IMG/VR virus record: IMGVR_UViG_3300044769_000229
Coordinates: 1 to 24,299 of that record
Length of the DNA stretch: 24,299 nucleotides
Reading direction: 5' to 3' (one strand)
Source of the DNA: a virus
Taxonomy: Duplodnaviria; Caudoviricetes
Below are positions 1-6,177 of the stretch, one piece after another. How positions within the stretch are numbered: position 1 is the stretch's first letter; the number at the start of each line of letters is the position of its first letter. The notes below the pieces were generated by a model. That model saw nothing but the letters and a program-made list of their open reading frames with translations, did no database searches and was not told where the DNA came from. The position numbers were made by a program, and so were the translations under genes.

Positions 1-332
1 ATTTTCAGCATTATCAGCTGGTCGGTCGCGAGGGCTAGTGGACGGCCCCCTGCCCCCTGCCCAGCATCGTTCGATGGTCAGATTATCAGCACACGTATGT
101 TTCGATTGGCTGTTATTGGGTGCCTCGATGAGCCTTTGTCGTTTCGGTCCAGGAGGTTATTATCTGCAGATGATACTTTGGCAAAATTGATGAGAGAATT
201 TTCGGCCTTGTGCGCGTACGCGCGTAGGGGCGCGGGTTCCCTCGGTTCCGCCGGGCTATGGACGCCGGTCGCGGCGCGCCGTAAGGGCGGACGACCGTCG
301 GATTTTGGCGACGTCGCGGGGGCGACCTTCAC
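1..332. promoter_or_regulatory. Non-coding leader upstream of terS: candidate late-promoter and/or packaging (pac/cos) region
   Basis: More AT-rich than the coding DNA, with no convincing ORF. Recurrent ATT(A/T)TC(A/T/G)GC motif at 1-9, 10-18, 82-90, 159-167 and 198-206, plus several palindromes. Function inferred from position only. Confidence 0.4.
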
Positions 333-887
333 TTGCAGATCGGACCGCTGAAGAACCCGAAGCACGAGCGCTTCGCCCAGGAGCTGGCGCGCGGTTCCTC
401 GGCCTCGTCTGCTTACTCGGTCGCGGGCTACAGGCCGCACCGGCAGAACGCCTCGGGGTTAGCCCGGTCGGATGCCATCAAAGCCCGGGTCGCCGAGCTG
501 CTCGCCCGGCGCGCCATGGTCGAGGACGTCTCGACGCAGCAGGCGCTGGAGCGCGCGGGCGTCACGAAGGAAGCCATCGTCAAGGAGCTGAAGATCATCG
601 GCTTCGCCCGGCTCGACGACTACTTCCACGTCGACGCCGACGGGCAGCCGGAGCTCGACCTCAACATCTGCTCTCGCGAGAAGCTCGCCGCGGTGAAGTC
701 GGTCTCGATCAAGGAGTACTACGATGAACGGACCGAGCGCACGGTCCGCGAGGCGAAGATCGAGCTGCACGACAAGAAGGGCGCGCTGATCGACCTCGCC
801 CGCATGCACGGGATGACGAACGAGAAGGCCAACATCAACCCGACGCTGATCCAGATCATCCTCAACGAGGACGAGCTGCATGCGTAG
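333..887 (+). CDS. terS: Terminase small subunit
   Basis: N-terminal HTH-type 'LKNPKHERFAQELARG..AY..AGY' and C-terminal 'KIELHDKKGALIDLARMHGM' are typical of TerS. Directly upstream of and overlapping terL. TTG start is uncertain. Confidence 0.88.
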   Translation: MQIGPLKNPKHERFAQELARGSSASSAYSVAGYRPHRQNASGLARSDAIKARVAELLARRAMVEDVSTQQALERAGVTKEAIVKELKIIGFARLDDYFHVDADGQPELDLNICSREKLAAVKSVSIKEYYDERTERTVREAKIELHDKKGALIDLARMHGMTNEKANINPTLIQIILNEDELHA

Positions 888-2532
888 CGCGGCGCGACCC
901 GCTCGCATCGAGTTCGACGCGAGGGCGAAGGCGTCGCTCGCGCGGGCCAGCCTGAGCGCTGGGGTCTCCACCGAGATACGCATCGGCGAGGTCCAGGGCT
1001 TCCGGTTCAACCCGAAACAGCTCGAGGGCCTGAAGATGCTGCGCGGGCCGCAGCGCCACACGATGTTCGTCGGCGCGGCCCGGTCGTCGAAGACGTTCCT
1101 GTTCGTGAAGCAGATCGTCAACCGGGCGATGAAGGCACCGAACTCCCGACACGCCATCCTGCGGTTCCGCGGCAACGCCGTCTGGGCTACCATCGGCAAG
1201 GACACGCTACCGAAGGTGATGCGGCTGTGCTTCCCCGGCGTCGCGATGTCCGGCCCCCACAAGGAGGGCTACTACACCCTGCCGAACGGGTCAGAGATAT
1301 GGCTGTGCGGCCTCGACGAGAAGGAGCGCGTCGAGAAGATACTCGGCATGGAGTTCGCGACGATGTTCTTCAACGAGTGCTCGCAGATACCGTACGACTC
1401 GGTGGTGCTGGCGCTCACCCGCCTCGCGCAGGTCTGCGAGGGTCTGCAGCAGCGCGCGTTCTTCGACCTCAACCCCCCTGATCGCGGTCACTGGACGAAC
1501 GTCCTGTTCATCCAGAAGCGCGACCCCGTCTCGAAGCAGCCGCTGGAGAACCCGGACGACTACCAGCACCTCTTCTTCCCGATGCTGGCGAACCGCGAGA
1601 ACCTGACGGCCGAGTACATCAGCTCGATGGAGCACCTGCCGGCCAGGAAGAAGCGGCGCTTCTTCGACGGCATCTACGGCGACGACAGCGAGGGAGCGCT
1701 CTGGACCTACGAGATGATCGAGAAGTCTCGCCGGAAGCCGGAGCAGGTGCCCGACCTCCGAGCGATAGTCATCGCGGTCGACCCGTCCGGCGCGAAGGAC
1801 GTCGAGGACGTCGACCACGACGCCATCGGCATCATCGCGGTCGGCCTCGGCGTCGACGGCCACGGGTACATCCTCGCCGACCAGACATGCATCGACGGCC
1901 CGCACGGCTGGGGCAAGCGAGCGGTGAACCTCTACCACGACCGGCGCGCCGACCACGTGACCGGAGAGATCAACTACGGCGGAGCGATGGTGGAGTTCGT
2001 CATCAAGTCCATCGACCCCCAGGTGCCGTTCCGCTCGGTGACGGCGTCGCGCGGGAAGGTCGTGCGCGCCGAGCCGGTCGCGTCGCTCCACGAGCAGGGC
2101 CTCATCCACATCGTCGGCCACATGCCGGAGCTCGAGGATGAGCTGTGCGGGTTCACGACGCTGGGCTACATCGGCGAGGCTTCGCCGAACCGCGCCGACG
2201 CCCTCGTGTGGGGCGTGACCGACCTGATGCTCGCCGACAGCGGCCAGGCGTGGGTCGATCACTACGCGAAGCTCGCTGCCGCGGCGAACACCCCGGCTGT
2301 GGAGCAGCCGAAGGACGTCCTGCCGTTCGCCAACGGGCACACCAACGGGCACGGCGGCCAGCGGCCGACCCTCAACGGCGGCGGCAACGAGCTGACGGAG
2401 ATGTATCGCGAGACGTTGAAGCAGTACGAGGCTGCGCCGACGATCTGCGCGAACGCGCGCTGCGGGAAGCCGGTCGACGGGGACACCCGCGTCACGGACG
2501 GCGTCAACGTCTGGCACCAGGGGTGCTACTGA
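880..2532 (+). CDS. terL: Terminase large subunit with C-terminal extension
   Basis: Walker A-like GAARSSKT, Walker B-like MFFNE, coupling motif DLNP, and RNase H-like nuclease motifs IAVDPSG, GEINYGG and SPNRADALVW. Confidence 0.96.
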   Translation: MRSAARPARIEFDARAKASLARASLSAGVSTEIRIGEVQGFRFNPKQLEGLKMLRGPQRHTMFVGAARSSKTFLFVKQIVNRAMKAPNSRHAILRFRGNAVWATIGKDTLPKVMRLCFPGVAMSGPHKEGYYTLPNGSEIWLCGLDEKERVEKILGMEFATMFFNECSQIPYDSVVLALTRLAQVCEGLQQRAFFDLNPPDRGHWTNVLFIQKRDPVSKQPLENPDDYQHLFFPMLANRENLTAEYISSMEHLPARKKRRFFDGIYGDDSEGALWTYEMIEKSRRKPEQVPDLRAIVIAVDPSGAKDVEDVDHDAIGIIAVGLGVDGHGYILADQTCIDGPHGWGKRAVNLYHDRRADHVTGEINYGGAMVEFVIKSIDPQVPFRSVTASRGKVVRAEPVASLHEQGLIHIVGHMPELEDELCGFTTLGYIGEASPNRADALVWGVTDLMLADSGQAWVDHYAKLAAAANTPAVEQPKDVLPFANGHTNGHGGQRPTLNGGGNELTEMYRETLKQYEAAPTICANARCGKPVDGDTRVTDGVNVWHQGCY

Positions 2533-2651
2533 TGGTGGATCGGACGGCGAAGGCGATAGGTTGCCTGGTCGTGATCGGCTTCGCGCTGGCCATCGGCTAC
2601 GTCTACGTCTATCTCATCGGCGCGGTCGTCCGCGGAGGGGTCGCCCAATGA
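2532..2651 (+). CDS. Small hypothetical membrane peptide (39 aa)
   Basis: ATG overlaps the terL stop (TGATG) and its stop overlaps the next ATG (ATGA). Sequence MVDRTAKAIGCLVVIGFALAIGYVYVYLIGAVVRGGVAQ has one long hydrophobic stretch. Confidence 0.65.
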   Translation: MVDRTAKAIGCLVVIGFALAIGYVYVYLIGAVVRGGVAQ

Positions 2652-2866
2652 GCGCGGAGCCGCACGTGATCGCCGACCGCAACGAGTTCATGCACCACGC
2701 CTACAACGCGCTGTACACGGGGAACATCGTCACGATGCCGGAGCCGATAGTCGAGCTGATGGTGAAGCACATCGCGGACGACCTCTGCTCGGTCGTCCGC
2801 AGGATGTCGCAGGAGAAGAGGGACGAGTTCCTCGCGAACGTCACCAGCCAGGTGAGGACCAACTGA
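2648..2866 (+). CDS. Hypothetical protein (72 aa, MSAEPHVIAD...)
   Basis: ATGA overlap at the start, GGAGGGG upstream, TGATG overlap with portal at the end. Codon style matches neighbouring genes. Confidence 0.75.
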   Translation: MSAEPHVIADRNEFMHHAYNALYTGNIVTMPEPIVELMVKHIADDLCSVVRRMSQEKRDEFLANVTSQVRTN

Positions 2867-5415
2867 TGGCGAAGCGCGACCGCCAGTCGTCGGGATCGAA
2901 GAAGCCGCTCGCCGCTCCGCAGAAGATGCTGGGCGGGCCGCAGCACCCGGGCGCGAACGCGTCGCCGGGCACCACGGTCCCGATTGGGACGTCCGCGGGC
3001 CTGGCGTCGGGGCGCGGCGGCCCGTCGAAGTACAACGAGCTCGCGGGGCCTCAGCCGCCGAACACCATCCGCGACGTCGACCCCGGCAACTGGTACTCGC
3101 CCTTCCAGCCCATCATGCCGTTCGGGCCGCCAGCGGTCAGCTACCCGCGGTCGTTCGACTACCAGACGGGCATCAACCTCGACTACGCTCCGTACCAGTT
3201 CCAGAAGTTCGACATGCTGATCGCGATGTCGCGGTCGTGGGGGCTGCTCCGCGCCGTCATCGAGACGCGGAAGGACCAGCTCCTCCGCATGCCGCACGCG
3301 TTCCAGGTGAAGGGGAAGCCCAACGGCAAGTCGCCCGCCATCGACAAGCTGAACGAGTTCTTCAGGAAGCCCGACGGGAAGACGCGCTACGGGACGTGGA
3401 TGCGGCTCCTCCTCGAGGACCTGCTGGTGATCGACGCGCCGACCATCTACAAGTGGAAGTCGCTCGACGGGACGCCGCTCGCGCTCCAGGTCCTCAACGG
3501 CCAGACGATCAAGCCGCTGATCGACGACACCGGGCGCAGGCCCGACGCGCCGAGCCCAGCGTTCCAGCAGATCATCAAGGGTCTGCCGATGACGAACTTC
3601 GACGAGACCGAGCTCGCCTACATGCCGATGCGGCCCACGCCGCAGTTCCCGATCTACGGGTACTCGCCGGTCGAGCAGATTTACGGCGAGGTCATCGTCG
3701 GGATCAAGCGGCTGATGTACCAGCGCGACTTCTGGACCGACGGCTCGATGCCAGAGCTGATCATCACGGTCCCGGAGATGTGGACGCCGCAGCAGACGGC
3801 TCAGTTCCAGGCCCACTTCGACGCGCTGATGTCGGGCAACATCTCGCTGAAGAGCAAGGTTCGGTTCGTCCCGGGCGGGATGAAGCCCTTCGACATCAAG
3901 AACGCGAACGGCGACGCGCTGAAGGGCGACATCGACGAGTGGTGGGCGTCGCTCGTCTGCTTCGCGTTCAGCATCAGCCGCGCCGCGCTCATCAAGCCGA
4001 TGAACCGCGCGTCCGCCGAGTCCGCGAAGGACACCGCGGACGAGGAGGGCCTCCACCCGCTGATGACGTGGGTGAAGGAGGAGGTGATGGACCCGATCAT
4101 CCAGGAGGACTTCGGGTTCAGCGACATCGAGTTCAACTACCTGCCGGAGAACGAGGTCGACGGCGCGAAGCAGATGACGACCATCACCGGCTACGTGAAG
4201 TCCGGCGTGTGGACCAGGGACGAGGGCCGCGAGGCCAGCGGGAAGGAGCCGATGGGCGGGGCGGCAGCCGAGCTCGCGTTCGACACCGCGTCCGGCCCGG
4301 TCCCGCTCGAGGAGGCGATGGAGGCCGCGCGCCAGACCGCGCTCGCGAAGCCCGACGAGCTGGAGCGCCAGGCGGAGAACCACGAGCTCGGCGTGCAGGG
4401 CCAGCAGAAGGCGCTCGACGCGCCGGACGCGCCGCCGCCCGGGAAGGGCCCGCCGGGGTCGAAGAAGCCCGGCGCGAAGGAGGTAGGCAAATCGGCCGTC
4501 GTCCCTTTCGCGAAGGCCAGGGACGTGAAGCCGCTCTCGCGGAGGAGCCGGAAGGTGACCGACGCGCAGTCGCAGCTGGAAGAGGCCGTCGCTGGGATGT
4601 TTGATGCGATGGCACCGGCAATCTCCGCATCGGTCGCGTCCGCGGTCGGCGACGCCGTCGCCAACCAGCTCGGGCGCGGGTCGTCGTTCGGGGAGATCGA
4701 GGTGCCGGCACGCGCGCTGCAGCACATCGCGGACGAGGTCACCGAGGGCCTCGACCTCGGCGCGTTCAACGGGCTGGTCGAGCCGATGGAGAAAGCGCTC
4801 GCCGAGGTGGGGTCCGAGGCCGCGGGCCGCGGCGCGTCCCAGCTCAGGCTGGAGGTCGGCCCCGAGTTCGGCGCTCTCACACGGATCGTTCACCGCGACG
4901 CCCTCGCGTACGCGACCGCTCGCTCGGCCGAGATGGTCGGCATGATCCGCGACGCCGCGGGCGACCTGGTGCCGAACCCGAGGGCGAGGATGGCCATCAC
5001 CGACACGACGCGCCAGCGCATCCGCGAGCTGGTCGTCTCGAAGCTCTCGCCTGGCGAGCCGTTCAACCTCGTCCGCGCGCTCGAGGATTTGAAGGACGAC
5101 GTGAGCGGCGGCCCCCTGTTCTCGCGCACCCGCGCGGCGCTCATCGCGCAGGCCGAGCTGGGGATGGCGCACAGCCACGGGACGATGGCCTCGCTCCGGC
5201 GGGCCGCGGAGCTGGGGCTGACGATACACAAGCGGTGGTCGACCGCGAAGGACGAGAAGGTGTGCAGCGAGCTGTGCGAGGCGAACGAGGCCGCGGGAGC
5301 GATCCCGCTGGAGGACGCGTTCCCGTCCGGCGACCTCGCGCCCCTCGCCCACCCGAGGTGCAGGTGCGCCCTCGTCGGCGTCGTCCAGGACGAGGATCAG
5401 GAAGAGGCCGCGTGA
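2866..5415 (+). CDS. Portal protein fused to a MuF/SPP1 gp7-like head morphogenesis domain
   Basis: First ~480 aa show portal-like motifs (LLEDLLVIDAP, YGYSPVEQ, FWTDGSMP, GVWTRDEGRE). A P/G/K-rich linker follows. The C-terminus has the MuF signature 'RAALIAQAE...KRWSTAKDEKVC..C...F.SG...P.AHPRCRC'. Confidence 0.9.
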   Translation: MAKRDRQSSGSKKPLAAPQKMLGGPQHPGANASPGTTVPIGTSAGLASGRGGPSKYNELAGPQPPNTIRDVDPGNWYSPFQPIMPFGPPAVSYPRSFDYQTGINLDYAPYQFQKFDMLIAMSRSWGLLRAVIETRKDQLLRMPHAFQVKGKPNGKSPAIDKLNEFFRKPDGKTRYGTWMRLLLEDLLVIDAPTIYKWKSLDGTPLALQVLNGQTIKPLIDDTGRRPDAPSPAFQQIIKGLPMTNFDETELAYMPMRPTPQFPIYGYSPVEQIYGEVIVGIKRLMYQRDFWTDGSMPELIITVPEMWTPQQTAQFQAHFDALMSGNISLKSKVRFVPGGMKPFDIKNANGDALKGDIDEWWASLVCFAFSISRAALIKPMNRASAESAKDTADEEGLHPLMTWVKEEVMDPIIQEDFGFSDIEFNYLPENEVDGAKQMTTITGYVKSGVWTRDEGREASGKEPMGGAAAELAFDTASGPVPLEEAMEAARQTALAKPDELERQAENHELGVQGQQKALDAPDAPPPGKGPPGSKKPGAKEVGKSAVVPFAKARDVKPLSRRSRKVTDAQSQLEEAVAGMFDAMAPAISASVASAVGDAVANQLGRGSSFGEIEVPARALQHIADEVTEGLDLGAFNGLVEPMEKALAEVGSEAAGRGASQLRLEVGPEFGALTRIVHRDALAYATARSAEMVGMIRDAAGDLVPNPRARMAITDTTRQRIRELVVSKLSPGEPFNLVRALEDLKDDVSGGPLFSRTRAALIAQAELGMAHSHGTMASLRRAAELGLTIHKRWSTAKDEKVCSELCEANEAAGAIPLEDAFPSGDLAPLAHPRCRCALVGVVQDEDQEEAA

Positions 5416-5462
5416 GCGGCGCAATCGGTCCCCGACGGGGCCACAACGTAGGAGAAACGTAA

Positions 5463-6149
5463 ATGACGATCACTGTTGCAATGACAGCCCCGTCCGGCAT
5501 CGGCGGGACCATCCAGGGCTCGAAGTCCGGCACCGTCTACCGGGTCAGCGCGCTCGGCTCGATCAACGCGCTCCTCGAGGACGTCATCGGCTTCCTCGCC
5601 ATCGGCTTCATCGCGCAGCCGGTCGGTGTGTCCGCTGGTACGCCAGCGACGGGGGTCACCGCGGCGGAGTACGGCAGCGCTTACGAGCACACCACCATCC
5701 TCACCATCGCCGCGGGCGCTGTGCTCGGCGCGATAGCGGGCGGCGCGAACCTCGGCGTCGGGTGCCTGCTCTATACGCTGCCGGCTGGTGACCTCGTCGT
5801 GCGAGAGAGCTACATGAACGTCGCCATCACGCAGACGCAGGGAAACATCACCGCCGATACGCCGACCGTTGGCCTCGGCACGACCATCGCGTCGGGCGCG
5901 GTTGCGGTCCTATCCGGCACCGCCGCCTTCCAGAACATCCAGGCGGGCAAGGTCGCCGCCGACTGTAACGGAACGCCGACGAACCAGGTGGTGAAGGCGA
6001 CCGCGTCGCCGTTCGAGCTGGTCATCCTCGCGTCGGGCGGCCTCGCTCACACCGTCCACTTCAACGCGGCGGACGGCTGGGCGGCGTCGGGCGACGCCGC
6101 GGCGCTGGTCACCGGCACGGTCGTGCTGAACTGGGCGAAGCTGTCGTAA
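5463..6149 (+). CDS. Putative virion structural protein (head decoration-like, beta-rich), 228 aa
   Basis: Own SD (AGGAG 5450-5454). A/G/T/V-rich with few charged residues. Lies within the head module. Function inferred. Confidence 0.55.
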   Translation: MTITVAMTAPSGIGGTIQGSKSGTVYRVSALGSINALLEDVIGFLAIGFIAQPVGVSAGTPATGVTAAEYGSAYEHTTILTIAAGAVLGAIAGGANLGVGCLLYTLPAGDLVVRESYMNVAITQTQGNITADTPTVGLGTTIASGAVAVLSGTAAFQNIQAGKVAADCNGTPTNQVVKATASPFELVILASGGLAHTVHFNAADGWAASGDAAALVTGTVVLNWAKLS

Positions 6150-6153
6150 GGAA

Positions 6154-6170
6154 CCCTCGGCCGAGGAGGG
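6154..6170 (+). promoter_or_regulatory. Hairpin/palindrome overlapping the protease ribosome-binding site
   Basis: Perfect 12-bp palindrome CCTCGGCCGAGG (6155-6166) overlaps SD GAGGAGG (6163-6169) upstream of ATG 6178. Confidence 0.4.
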
Positions 6171-6177
6171 CGAGCGA

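Noticed and set aside
45-62. GCCCCCT tandem (G-runs on the minus strand) as a possible G-quadruplex
   Set aside because: Only three G-runs and 2.5 repeat units, too little to support a call.
78-440. ORFs in the leader (78-440 minus, 97-351 plus, 305-727 plus)
   Set aside because: Codon style unlike the real genes, no motifs, and overlap with terS. The region is better explained as non-coding.
2182-2202. SPNRADA in place of SPDRxDA as an inactivated TerL nuclease
   Set aside because: The conserved Asp of 'DA' and the first Asp (AVDP) are intact, and Asn/His at the preceding positions occurs in active terminases.
2532-2651. Calling the 39-aa membrane peptide a holin or spanin
   Set aside because: No endolysin nearby and no clear family features. 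Left as hypothetical.
4477-4484. Perfect SD-like AAGGAGGT in the portal-MuF linker as a separate muF start
   Set aside because: No in-frame ATG/GTG/TTG at a usable spacing, and Lys-Glu-Val codons generate this word by chance. At most a relic or pause site.
3237-4604. Long alternative plus-frame Arg/Gly/Pro-rich ORFs (also 8258-9871, 19196-20380, 20429-21748, 22263-23897)
   Set aside because: Expected off-frame products of GC3 bias, with no RBS or recognisable motifs.
5300-5415. MuF polymorphic toxin extension
   Set aside because: The ORF ends about 14 residues after HPRCRC, leaving no toxin domain, and the next gene does not look like an immunity protein.
2701-5424. 907-aa minus-strand ORF, and similar long antisense ORFs (8841-11111, 13792-16641, 19080-20963, 21712-23271, 1291-2517)
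   Set aside because: Shadow frames of high-GC genes that avoid TTA/CTA/TCA codons. They mirror the plus-strand genes, are R/L/V/G-rich and have no motifs.
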